Source: Bacteroidales bacterium (GTDB taxonomy: Bacteria; Bacteroidota; Bacteroidia; Bacteroidales; JAADJA01). From it: a stretch of 64,000 nucleotides of DNA. The DNA is taken from the NCBI GenBank assembly GCA_026984135.1, contig JALSSR010000095.1:1840-65839 (forward strand), in the 5' to 3' direction. The notes below the pieces were generated by a model. That model made no database searches. It was not told where the DNA came from and worked only from the letters and a program-made list of their open reading frames with translations. Of this stretch, positions 1-10,100 are shown piece by piece (the stretch's first letter is position 1; each line of letters begins with the position of its first letter). Both the position numbers and the translations under genes were made by a program.

Positions 1-639
1 CAGGTTTTTCATTGTAACCTCCGAAGCGTACCAATAACGGCCTGATTTTTTATAAGTATATGTCGCCTCCTTGTATTTTCTTCCGGATTTGTCGTAATAA
101 ACCATTGATTCGGGGTAATAATTGATTTTGTCAATGGTTACTATTATTTTTGAGTATTGTGATTTATCGCTCTTCGGAATCATTTCAACAACATAGCTTT
201 TATCATTGGTTTCAATCAATTTTGGTGTAAACCTCTCAGTATAAGGCCGCGTGTCCATATCTTCGGCAGAAAAATCGGTGCCGTTAAAAGCTTGACTTTT
301 AGCAAGTAATGAAATCTTTTTCGGTTTTCCGAATGCGGGCATATAGAGCCACATAACACCGTCAGGCAAAGACAGAGTGGCTATTCCCTCTTGTGATTCC
401 GGTTTTGTGTAACGATATATTTTCTTGTCGCGTCCAAGCTGCATCATTTCGGCTTCCCTGACTTTTTCCTTGCCTGATTTGCTGATAAGAATGATCTCTA
501 TTGTCCCGGTTCTGTCTTTTGGTGCCGACAATACGGCATCCATTTTATTTAGAATTGATGTTCCGTCCTGCGAGAAGGATTGTGCTGTGAAAAACAGTTG
601 TATTAAAATAAATAAAACGGTTGTTTTTATAATCTTCAT
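1..639 (-). CDS. LolA-like outer-membrane lipoprotein-sorting family protein (3' end cut by window edge)
   Basis: Absent from the ORF track because it runs off the window. My minus-strand translation from the ATG (complement of 637-639) reads MKIIKTTVLFILIQLFFTAQSFSQDGTSILNKMDAVLSAPKDRTGTIEIILISKSGKEKVREAEMMQLGRDKKIYRYTKPESQEGIATLSLPDGVMWLYMPAFGKPKKISLL... It has a signal peptide and sits next to an HAE3/MMPL exporter, a usual pairing. Confidence 0.6.
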   Translation of the reverse strand, partial: MKIIKTTVLFILIQLFFTAQSFSQDGTSILNKMDAVLSAPKDRTGTIEIILISKSGKEKVREAEMMQLGRDKKIYRYTKPESQEGIATLSLPDGVMWLYMPAFGKPKKISLLAKSQAFNGTDFSAEDMDTRPYTERFTPKLIETNDKSYVVEMIPKSDKSQYSKIIVTIDKINYYPESMVYYDKSGRKYKEATYTYKKSGRYWYASEVTMKNL

Positions 640-667
640 TTCCTGAATTTTAAATAAGGCTGCAAAT

Positions 668-2920
668 TTACAACTTTCTTCTTTTAACAAGAATTAAAAT
701 TACCGGAAGTAGTGTTAAGGCACCCAGGCTTGAACCTATCATACTGAAAGCAATCAGAAGTCCAAAGTACTGCAGCGGTACCATTTGAGAAAAAAGTAAT
801 ACCAGAAATCCCGCAGAAACGGAAATGGCATTAATCAATATTGCTTTTCCGCTAATCAGTATGGAGCCTTCAATAGCTCTTTTCAGATTATGATCTTCAC
901 CGAAAAGATGGTTGAAGTGTGATATTATGTGTATCGAATAATCAATGCCGATGCCGAGGGCAACACTTGCAACCAGTACTGTTCCGATATTCAGTGAGAT
1001 GCCCGTAATTCCCATAAATCCGAAAAGGATTGTGATTGCAATCACAATAGGTATTGTCGCATAAACTCCGCTTGAGAAAGATCTCAAAATTAATCCCACA
1101 ATAATTAAAACGAAAATAATTGCAAGAGTCAGGCTGCCAAATTGACTTTTAACGAGGCTCCTGTCCATTGTAACGTCAATAAAGGGCATTCCTGTTACGG
1201 CTATTTGGCAATCCTTGACGGAGTTTTCCTTGATAAATTTATTCATATAGTCGGCAAATGCTTTCTTAGACCTGTTATCGGGTGAAAGAAACGTCGAAAG
1301 AATAATACCCTCATCAAGGTCGTCAGTCACAAAGCGTTGCATATAGTCGTTTCCGTCAAGCAGAAACCAAAGTTGCTCTATCATTGCCCGGTCATCGGGA
1401 ACAGTATATCCGTTGCCCATAACTTCATTGATTTGTGCTATCAGGTCGGCAACCGATTGGGTATTCTTAATATCCTTGTTTTTCTTCATATAGGCTTCGG
1501 TCTTCATCATCATCTTCAACACTTTCGGGCTTTGCATATCCCCCTTGAAAAGAACAAAAACCGGTTTTGTGCCACCGAATTTTTCAATCATTATCTCCTC
1601 TGCCAATCGTGTTGGATTTCCCTTCTTGAAATACTCTTTAATATCCACACTCCTTTTTATCTTAAAAATACCTCCGACACTCAGCAATATTAAAACAATC
1701 CAGGTGATTAACACATATTTGGGATGTTTGAAGAGTAATGTGTGCAGAGGAGTCAAGATATTGTTGGAAAGTATTGAATGACGGGATTTTTCAATAATTT
1801 TTTCTTTGTTCTTGCTGGTTATTGAAAAAGCTACAATTACCGACGGAACAAAAAGCAGTGAAAGAAGCAGAGTGAAAAAAGTTCCGAGAGCCGTAAAAAT
1901 TCCAAAGTCTTTGATCATTGTCAGGTAAGCTCCGAAAATAAAGGATACAAAACCTATCATAGTTGTTAATGCGGCAAGAATTACAGGGATGAAAATATAA
2001 ACTAAAGTTGTGATAACGGCCTTTTTTCTGTCTCTCTCTTTTGATTGATTGATCCTGTTTAAAACGTGTATTGTGTATGCACTTCCAACGGCAAGAAGGA
2101 TTATGGGAATATTATTTGATATCATTGACATCTCGTATCCGCCCAATCCCATAATCCCAAGTGTCCAGATAATGGCAATAACGGCTGTCAGCAAAGGAAG
2201 CACTACACCCCGGGCTGATCTGAAACTTAACAGCAGGACAAATGCTATTAACAGAAAAGCGATTGGTAAAAGTTTAATCAGGTCGGAAGTCATCAGGTCG
2301 GAGATGTATGTTACCAGCATCGGAGAGCCTGTAAAGTATAGCCTTTCGGGCAGATCCATTGCCAGGACTTTCTCTCTGACAGCTCTTGCAACTGTCTGTG
2401 GATCAGCTTCGTCGCTGAGTGTAAAAATAATCAACGTTGCAGTGCCATCATCCGAAATGATAGTGCCGCGATACATATCCTTCGACATAACTCTTTTCCT
2501 CAAATCCTTTAACTCTTCGGGAGTGTCGGGTAAATCGTATTCATCAATAAGGTCACCCACTTCAATCCCGAAATCACCACCTTTGATATCAATAATGTTC
2601 GTCAGGCTTGTGACTGCGTTGATACCGGCCACTTCTTTCAGGGTGTCGGTTATTTCAACAATATTTTGTAAGACTTCGGTGTTGAATATATCATCGGCTT
2701 CAAGAATGATAATGCCCATATTGTTACCGCCAAATTGCTTTCCGATTTTTTTAAAAAGAACGGCATTAGGATCATCATCAGGCAAGGAGCTGATAATGTC
2801 GGAATTAATTTCCAGGTTTTTTATTTGGTATCCGAAAAATGTTGTTAAAAGAATCACGATGATGATTATAAACCATCTTAGCTTAATCGTAATTTCGGCA
2901 AATCGGTTCATTTTATTCAT
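668..2920 (-). CDS. RND superfamily (HAE3/MMPL-type) exporter, 12-TM with two large periplasmic loops
   Basis: 750-aa ORF with two blocks of hydrophobic helices separated by soluble domains. N-terminus (RFAEITIKLRWFIIIIVILL...) and overall layout are typical of MMPL/HAE3 transporters. Confidence 0.8.
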   Translation of the reverse strand: MNKMNRFAEITIKLRWFIIIIVILLTTFFGYQIKNLEINSDIISSLPDDDPNAVLFKKIGKQFGGNNMGIIILEADDIFNTEVLQNIVEITDTLKEVAGINAVTSLTNIIDIKGGDFGIEVGDLIDEYDLPDTPEELKDLRKRVMSKDMYRGTIISDDGTATLIIFTLSDEADPQTVARAVREKVLAMDLPERLYFTGSPMLVTYISDLMTSDLIKLLPIAFLLIAFVLLLSFRSARGVVLPLLTAVIAIIWTLGIMGLGGYEMSMISNNIPIILLAVGSAYTIHVLNRINQSKERDRKKAVITTLVYIFIPVILAALTTMIGFVSFIFGAYLTMIKDFGIFTALGTFFTLLLSLLFVPSVIVAFSITSKNKEKIIEKSRHSILSNNILTPLHTLLFKHPKYVLITWIVLILLSVGGIFKIKRSVDIKEYFKKGNPTRLAEEIMIEKFGGTKPVFVLFKGDMQSPKVLKMMMKTEAYMKKNKDIKNTQSVADLIAQINEVMGNGYTVPDDRAMIEQLWFLLDGNDYMQRFVTDDLDEGIILSTFLSPDNRSKKAFADYMNKFIKENSVKDCQIAVTGMPFIDVTMDRSLVKSQFGSLTLAIIFVLIIVGLILRSFSSGVYATIPIVIAITILFGFMGITGISLNIGTVLVASVALGIGIDYSIHIISHFNHLFGEDHNLKRAIEGSILISGKAILINAISVSAGFLVLLFSQMVPLQYFGLLIAFSMIGSSLGALTLLPVILILVKRRKL

Positions 2921-3341
2921 TTTCAGGTGTTTTTCTGTTTTTCTTTTTATTTGATTGTATCTTTTTGTTTTCCAGCCTTTTTTCTATTGAGGCTTTTGTC
3001 GGTTTTACGGGTATTCGTTTTTTGAGCGGAGTGAGAGCTTCCGTAATTATTGAGAAAAATTTTTCGATAACCTGTTGCTTGTTCTTCAGTTGTGTACGAT
3101 ATTTTTCAGATGTCAGGATCAACTCTCCTTTATTAGTGATCTTATTGCCGAGTTTCTTTAAAATAAGGGCTTTATCTTCATCCGAAAGCAGTTGTGTTTC
3201 AATGATATTAAATCGCAACTCAACCTTTGTATTCACTTTATTCACATTTTGTCCTCCCGGGCCGCCACTTCTCGATGCAGAAAAGGCCATCTCCTCCATA
3301 AAACGTTCCTTCGGATATTTTAAACGACTGCCTGAATACAT
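2913..3341 (-). CDS. arfB: alternative ribosome-rescue factor ArfB (peptidyl-tRNA hydrolase, RF-1 domain)
   Basis: 142 aa with the GGQ motif in SRSGGPGGQNVNKVNTKVELRF and a basic C-terminal tail (KKIQSNKKKNRK). Confidence 0.85.
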   Translation of the reverse strand: MYSGSRLKYPKERFMEEMAFSASRSGGPGGQNVNKVNTKVELRFNIIETQLLSDEDKALILKKLGNKITNKGELILTSEKYRTQLKNKQQVIEKFFSIITEALTPLKKRIPVKPTKASIEKRLENKKIQSNKKKNRKTPENE

Positions 3342-3464
3342 TTGCTATTATTAAGATTTCAGCAAAGGTAGATAAAATTAGTTATGATTTCCCGACCGTT
3401 ACATCTAAAATCTATGTAGAACAATCAGGGTTAGATTTGTTTTATGTAATTTGTCGTTTTTTTA

Positions 3465-3472
3465 TATTTTTG
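3465..3472 (+). promoter_or_regulatory. candidate Bacteroidota -7 box TATTTTTG (TAnnTTTG)
   Basis: Motif lies 48 nt upstream of the ATG at 3520. A second match, TAGATTTG, is at 3432-3439. Confidence 0.3.
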
Positions 3473-3519
3473 CTAATTATTCTTGTCAGAATTATTGATA
3501 CTCAATAAAATCAATTATA

Positions 3520-5634
3520 ATGATCTGTTTTGTAAAATATTTAAAAACCGTTTACCTGCTTTCAATAATGGTTTTTATGTTGAGTATGGATACTTTGGCT
3601 TCACATCCGGCGACAAGAACAGACAGTCTCAGAGTCGAATATCAAAATGCAACAACCGATACGGCAAGGATAAGAATACTCTTTAAGCTCGGATATCAAT
3701 TTCTTAACGGCCCTTCCGATTCACTTATATATTATTTTAAAAAGTCTCTTGACATTGCCGAAAAGAATCTTGAAATGTTTAATAAACGTAGTTCTGAACA
3801 GTCAAAGTTGATTGTATTGACTTACAAAAGGCAGGAGATCAGGGCTCTCATTGAAATAGGCATAGAACATTTTTATCAGGGCAACTATCCTTTGGCATTA
3901 GAAAACTATTTCAGGGCACTTTCCATATCCGAACAGATAAATGATCTTGATTTGATTTCGGAATGTTCGAGCGAGATAGGTATTGTTTTTAAAAATCAGG
4001 GTAAGTATGAAAAAGCTCTTGAATATGATAACAAAGTATTGGAATATGCCCGAATGGGTGGTGACACTTCCTGGTTTGCATCCTGCCTTGTTAATAACGG
4101 ATCCGTATATTATCATAAGGGCTACTATACTGTTGCTCTGAAAAATTATATGCAGGCACTCAAAATATTTGAATCATTAGGCCACAAAAAAAGAATTGAA
4201 GCCTGCTACCTGAATATCGGTAAAGTATATTATGAGCAGGGTGATGCCGATAAAGCTATGGGGTATTTCAGGAGGGCGCTTGATATTGCACTTGCCGAGA
4301 ATGAAAAAACAGGTGAGGCCGATTCCTACCTGAATATAGGTGCGATTTTTTCGGATAAGCATCAATACGATTCTGCCAGATACTACTTAAACAGGTCGGT
4401 GGAACTAAATCGTGAATTGGGATATAAACATGGTCTTGACGACTGTTACAGCTATATCGGGTTCACCTACAGAAAAGAGAACAAGTTGAAAGAGGCCTTA
4501 GGTTTTTATAACAAAGCACTGAAAATATCGCTTGAGGAAGAGGATAGTCCGGGAATAGCAGAATCACTCGGAAATATTGCTGAAATTTTTTATCTGCAAA
4601 AGCAGTATAATTCAGCTTTAGAAAAGGCACTGGAAGGGCTAAGCATTGCAAAGAAAACGGGTAATCTGCCTGTTTTAAAAAATATATATGCAATAATTTC
4701 ACAAATATATGAGGCTCTCGGAAATAAATCCCTGGCATTAAAGTTTTATAAACTCTACTCTTCAACAAAGGACACTATTTTTAACGAAAGTAAATACAGG
4801 GCAATCAGAGAGGTTGAAACCAAATTTGAGACTGAAAAAAAAGAGCAACAGCTCGAATTGCTTACTGAAAAAAATCATGTTCAGGAATTAATAATAACAC
4901 AGCGCAACAGAATGATAATTGCTTTTTGGGTGTTCTTTCTACTTGTCGCCGCCTCTATATATTTGTACTACAGGAATAATAAATTGAAGACGAAAAGAAA
5001 GAACATCGAACTGGAACAAAAGCTGCTTCGCTCCCAGATGAATCCCCATTTTATCTTTAATTCACTGATCGCCATTCAAAGTTTTATTTATAATAATGAT
5101 GCTGTTATGGCCGGTGATTATATTGCAAAATTTGCCGACCTGATAAGAAATATTCTTGAAAATTCCAGAGCGGAATCCATTTTACTCGAAAAAGAGGTCA
5201 AAACCTTTGAACTTTATCTCCAGCTTCAGTCGTTAAGATTTGGAAACAAATTTGAATATAAGATTGAGGTTGATAATAATATTGACAGTAAAGAGATTAA
5301 AATACCTCCAATGCTGGCACAACCGTTCATCGAAAATGCCATTGAGCATGGATTAAGATATAAGCGGGGAAAGGGATATTTGTTCATAAATTTTAAAAAG
5401 ACTGGAAATCATTTAAGGTTAGTAGTCGAGGATAACGGTATTGGCCGGAAAAAGGCCGAAGAGATAGAAAAGGATAAAAATTATAAATCAATTGGAATGT
5501 CTATTGTTAAAGAGAGGATAGAAGTGCTAAATAGTAGATATTATGAACAATTTAACCTGACCGTAAAGGACCTGTATGATAAATACGGAGAAGCGGCAGG
5601 TACAAGAATTGTTTTAGATATCCCTTATTTATAA
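3520..5634 (+). CDS. TPR-repeat sensor histidine kinase, LytS/YehU type (His_kinase + HATPase)
   Basis: 704 aa. Signal/TM region, then about 10 TPR-like repeats (YxxALxxxxxIGD... pattern), coiled coil, TM helix, then LRSQMNPHFIFNSL (PF06580-type H box) and an ATPase (IENAIEHG ... DNGIG). Confidence 0.85.
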   Translation: MICFVKYLKTVYLLSIMVFMLSMDTLASHPATRTDSLRVEYQNATTDTARIRILFKLGYQFLNGPSDSLIYYFKKSLDIAEKNLEMFNKRSSEQSKLIVLTYKRQEIRALIEIGIEHFYQGNYPLALENYFRALSISEQINDLDLISECSSEIGIVFKNQGKYEKALEYDNKVLEYARMGGDTSWFASCLVNNGSVYYHKGYYTVALKNYMQALKIFESLGHKKRIEACYLNIGKVYYEQGDADKAMGYFRRALDIALAENEKTGEADSYLNIGAIFSDKHQYDSARYYLNRSVELNRELGYKHGLDDCYSYIGFTYRKENKLKEALGFYNKALKISLEEEDSPGIAESLGNIAEIFYLQKQYNSALEKALEGLSIAKKTGNLPVLKNIYAIISQIYEALGNKSLALKFYKLYSSTKDTIFNESKYRAIREVETKFETEKKEQQLELLTEKNHVQELIITQRNRMIIAFWVFFLLVAASIYLYYRNNKLKTKRKNIELEQKLLRSQMNPHFIFNSLIAIQSFIYNNDAVMAGDYIAKFADLIRNILENSRAESILLEKEVKTFELYLQLQSLRFGNKFEYKIEVDNNIDSKEIKIPPMLAQPFIENAIEHGLRYKRGKGYLFINFKKTGNHLRLVVEDNGIGRKKAEEIEKDKNYKSIGMSIVKERIEVLNSRYYEQFNLTVKDLYDKYGEAAGTRIVLDIPYL

Positions 5635-5714
5635 AGATCATCGCGGTATAACCTAAATGTTCTTGGTGTATTGCTTTTTTTTATTATTTTTGGAATCGAA
5701 ATAAACGCGGAATA

Positions 5715-6452
5715 ATGCTGACAACAGTAGTAATAGATGATGAGCCGAAAGCACGCGAGACAATTATCAACGTTCTCGGTTTAGGTCCTGATAATGTTAG
5801 TGTAATTGGAGAAGCGGGAGATGTTAAATCGGGTTTTGATGTAATTACAAAAACAAATCCTGATGTCGTTTTACTGGATATTAACCTGCCGGACGGGACA
5901 GGTTTTGACCTCCTGAAGAAATTTAACAAAATAGCGTTTAAGATTATATTTATTACAGCACATGAGGAATATGCTGTCAGGGCGTTTAAATTCAGTGCTC
6001 TCGATTATATTTTAAAACCGGTAACTGCCGGTAATCTTTTTAGCGCCATTGAAAAAGCAAAAGAATCTATACAGAAAGAGGAGACGGAGATTAAACTGTC
6101 GGCTTTTTTATCAAACCTCAATAAGATCAAAAAAATAGTTCTGAAAACCGCCGAAAGTATTCATATTGTCAATGTCAAAGATATAATTCGTTGTGAGGCG
6201 GATATCAATTACACAACTTTTCATCTTGTAAACGGCGAAAAACTACTTGTTTCCAGACCTCTGAAAGAGTATTCGGAGATGCTTGAACCTATTGGCTTTT
6301 ACCGTACTCATCAATCACATCTGGTGAACCTTGACCATATCTTAAGATATGATAAAATGGACGGCGGCCATCTCGTTTTGATTGATGAATCCATAGTGCC
6401 TGTTTCCTCCAGAAAAAAAGAAGATCTTTTCAGCCTGTTCGAAAGAATGTAG
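5715..6452 (+). CDS. LytR/AlgR-family response regulator (receiver + LytTR DNA-binding domain)
   Basis: 245 aa. VVIDDEPKARE...DVVLLDINLPDGTGFDLL receiver domain. C-terminal LytTR region (IHIVNVKDIIRCEADINYTTFHL...FYRTHQSHLVNLDHI). Confidence 0.9.
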   Translation: MLTTVVIDDEPKARETIINVLGLGPDNVSVIGEAGDVKSGFDVITKTNPDVVLLDINLPDGTGFDLLKKFNKIAFKIIFITAHEEYAVRAFKFSALDYILKPVTAGNLFSAIEKAKESIQKEETEIKLSAFLSNLNKIKKIVLKTAESIHIVNVKDIIRCEADINYTTFHLVNGEKLLVSRPLKEYSEMLEPIGFYRTHQSHLVNLDHILRYDKMDGGHLVLIDESIVPVSSRKKEDLFSLFERM

Positions 6453-6476
6453 TCCAGTTTTTATTCTTATTTTACT

Positions 6477-6509
6477 GCGAATAATAATCCATCCCCGGCG
6501 AATAATAAT
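6477..6509. promoter_or_regulatory. perfect 12-nt direct repeat GCGAATAATAAT-N9-GCGAATAATAAT (21-bp phasing), candidate LytTR box
   Basis: Copies at 6477-6488 and 6498-6509, between the LytTR regulator gene and the next LytTR-domain gene. Confidence 0.35.
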
Positions 6510-6571
6510 TTGCCCGTTAAAAATGTGTACCCTCATATTAATTTAGTACGGTTTTAAAAATTGTTAACCCT

Positions 6572-7060
6572 GTGGATAAAATTATCATTATAAACGATAG
6601 CGGAATACAATATAAAATTGAAAAGTTTTTAAAGACGAATAAAAATCATATCAAATTCAGTTCATATATGGATGAGATTTCATTAGGCCAAAATCCCATC
6701 TTGAAAGAAATTATCAGTAAGTATGAAGATAAATGTAGAATAAAAATCCATTCAAAAGACAATATTAGTTTTTTCCGGGCTAACGAAATAGTCCGTTTTA
6801 AAGCTCACAAAAACAAGACAAATATATTCCTGACAAATGAAAAAGTAGTTGAGATAAATGAATCCATTGATAATATTGAACAACAATTAGAAAATCAACA
6901 ATTCCTGAGAATACACGAAGCACATATAATAAATGTAAATTTTATATCAAAAATTTTCGATAAAACTGAAAATAATATTGAACTAAATGATGGCACATTA
7001 CTTCCGGTAACGGAAATACGAAAAGAGTATATAATTAATTTTATTAATAACCATATTTAA
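6572..7060 (+). CDS. stand-alone LytTR-domain protein (no recognisable phospho-acceptor receiver)
   Basis: 162 aa with a GTG start in the track. C-terminal half (ISFFRANEIVRFKAHKNKTNIFL...FLRIHEAHIINVNFI) resembles a LytTR domain. Start codon is uncertain. Confidence 0.55.
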   Translation: MDKIIIINDSGIQYKIEKFLKTNKNHIKFSSYMDEISLGQNPILKEIISKYEDKCRIKIHSKDNISFFRANEIVRFKAHKNKTNIFLTNEKVVEINESIDNIEQQLENQQFLRIHEAHIINVNFISKIFDKTENNIELNDGTLLPVTEIRKEYIINFINNHI

Positions 7061-7122
7061 TAACCATCCTCTTAATTTAATTCCGAAAATTATCGGAATG
7101 GAGGATACAAAAACAAATCATT

Positions 7123-10100
7123 ATGAAAAATTATTTAGAGAAAAAAACAAAAGGGTATTCAAAAGGAATACTGATGGGATTTATCTCCCTAATGATCCTC
7201 GGCTCAACAAACATCTTTGCCCAGGTATCATTTACGCAAACCCTCAACGCCGATTTTTACAAAGGGGTCTATAACGACCTTACTGTGGCATCGGATAGTG
7301 TTTATTTGCCATATCAGGCCGATGATGTGAACAACTGGCTGACAACCACTGTTTTACCTCAAACACTTGAAGGGCATAAGGCGGCCACATGGAACAACCG
7401 TTATGTTTATGTTGTTGGTGGGTTTAACGATATAAGCTACTCCAGTTCGGTTTACCGGGCATCATTGCAGTCAGGAGGAATAAGTGGCTGGACAACTTTA
7501 AATCCCCTGCCTGTCGGATTGAGGGATGCTGCTGTTGTTATCGGAACAAATACCCTTTATGTACTTGGCGGCCGTGACGGTTCCAACATTTTTGATGATA
7601 TTTACTATGCGGAAATAAATTCCGATGGTTCACTCGGTACGTGGCAAACGTCTTCTGTAACACTGCCCGCAACACTCTGGGGGCATACTGCCGTTTATTG
7701 CAATGGTTATATTTATGTTGCGGGAGGTTCAAATAATTCTTCAGCCACTTCTGCCCGTTCAAATGTATATTATGCAAAAGTTCTGGCCGACAACACCCTC
7801 TCGGCATTTAGTGCGGCCACTTCATTGCCGCAAACCCGAAACGGACATAGTATGGTGGTTTACGGGGATAAAATTTATGTCCTCGGGGGTTTTTCAAACG
7901 GTGGTACAAAAAGAAATACCGTTTATTATGCCACCTCGGGAAATAACGGGTCTCTTGGGTCGTGGTCATCTGCAACTGCCTTGCCGGTAACTATCAGCAA
8001 TCATTCTTCGGTTATTATCAACGGTTTGATAACAGTTCTGGCGGGTGAAAGCGGCGGTACCTTGAGCAACAAAGTTTATTATGCCGACATCAATACTTCC
8101 CCTTTAACCTGGAACCTTGCCACCAATGTTATGTACGACCGAACCAAAGACGGAGCGGCTTTTGCCGCCAACGGCTGGATTGGATATTGCGGAGGTGAGA
8201 ACCTTTCGGGAACACCTATTCATAATTCCCGTTATGCAACACTTAATATTACAACAGATTATGAAAAAAACGGCTTCTTTGTCTCAAATCCGTTTTTTGA
8301 ACTGGGTGCTGAAAGAGAGATTACAAAACTGACATTTTTAACCTCAACACCCTCCGGTTCAAACTCGGAAATTGCCTACCGGACGGCAGGAGATGACCTG
8401 TATTGGGGCAACTGGTCGGCGCTTACCTCAACCAGTCCCATTATTCTCGGTATTACCGATCATTATCTCCAATACAAAGTTGTATTTACCGGAGACGGTA
8501 CAGTAACTCCGACATTTGATGAAATGACACTCTGGACACCGGGCACGGAACTTTCGGGCAACCTGAACAACTTAACATTGATTGATGCAGCCAGCAGCCC
8601 TTATTGGGTAACGAGCGATGTTTATTTTACATCGGGTACACATACATTTGAAGCAGGCGTTGTCTGGAATTTCCTTCCTCAAACGGGTTTAACGGTGGGC
8701 CAGGCAAATATGATATGTAACGGTACATCGGGTAATCCGGTTCAGTTTGTCGGTTATACGGATGATGACGGACTATGGGACGGTATTTATTTTGATGCGA
8801 ACAGTGATAACGGTGTTTCGTCACAGTTCCATTATGTAGTTATCAAAAATGCCGGATACGGTGACAACAATGCCAACCTGTATTGCAATTCTTCCAACGA
8901 GCCATTCCTTGATCATTGTACCATAAAGAATGCGGACGGAAATGGTATTCGACTGAACAATGCACATATCAACATTGAGTATTCCACTATTGAATACAAC
9001 AGTGAAAACGGTTTATATCTCGAAAATTCCAATCCGACATTGGTCTCCTGTGATGTTGGGCATAATGGTGCTGCAGGTGTATATTTCACCTCAAATACAT
9101 CCGATCCGACATACAGTTCTACAACGATTCACGACAATCTTTACGGAATGCATTATCCATCACCCAATAATACAATTTATCCCCCAAATGGCGACCCCAC
9201 TGTAATTAACAATACGTACAACGGTATCGCAATAGACGGAGGGGATATTACTTCAACCAATAAAGTATGGAATTCTATAAAGTATGATTACATCTTATTA
9301 GGTACGGTCAGGATTAAGCAATGGATGTCTAATGTTAGACTGACCATTGAACCGGGCAATACAGTTAAATCGGTCAGTGGTGCCCAAATACAGATTGGCG
9401 CCCCTAATTATGGCGGAGAACTTTATGCAATCGGCACGGTCGACAGTCTTATCACTTTTACGTCCTACAACGGATCAAGTGGCGGTTGGAACGGTATATG
9501 GTTTACCGACCAAAGCGATAACTGGGGAGGTGTTTCCGTAATGGATTATTGCATTATCGAAAATGGCAGCGATTATAATATATTTTCCCAAAGTACCGCC
9601 CAACCTAATATCAGTAATAGTATTGTACGTAATGCAGTGGTTGACGGAATTAGAAACTCAAACTCCTCGCATACCGTTCAAAACTCGCAATTCCTTAACA
9701 ACGGAAGATACCCGTATTACTTTTTGGATCCGAATGCCAACCCGGTACATACGGGAAACACCTATACCGGAAATGGTATCAACCGGATTGCACTTGAAGG
9801 GGGAACCTACCCCTGGGACAGGTCCTTGACCAACGATAATGTCCCCTATCTTGTATTGAACGATATTGTGATTGGTAAGTGGGGTGATCATTCGAGGCTG
9901 ACCATTGATCCTGGCGTAATTCTTGAGTTTGAATCAGGGAAAAAGCTGCAACTTGGCTATATCAATTGTGGTGGTGATCTGTGGGCCGAAGGTACTGCAG
10001 GTAATCCAATTACTTTCAGGCCATCTAACGGCTTGGAGGGAGGCTGGGAAGGTATTTACTTCACTGACTATAACGACAACTGGGGAGGTACCTCTTCAAT

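Noticed and set aside
425-646. 73-aa plus-strand ORF
   Set aside because: It lies antisense to a much better minus-strand frame, the LolA-like protein with a signal peptide that runs to the window edge. Its sequence is low-complexity.
2049-2954. 301-aa plus-strand ORF, plus the other antisense ORFs at 1337-1781
   Set aside because: It lies entirely inside, and antisense to, the 750-aa MMPL/HAE3 transporter gene. Its Ser/Ile-rich composition is typical of a shadow frame.
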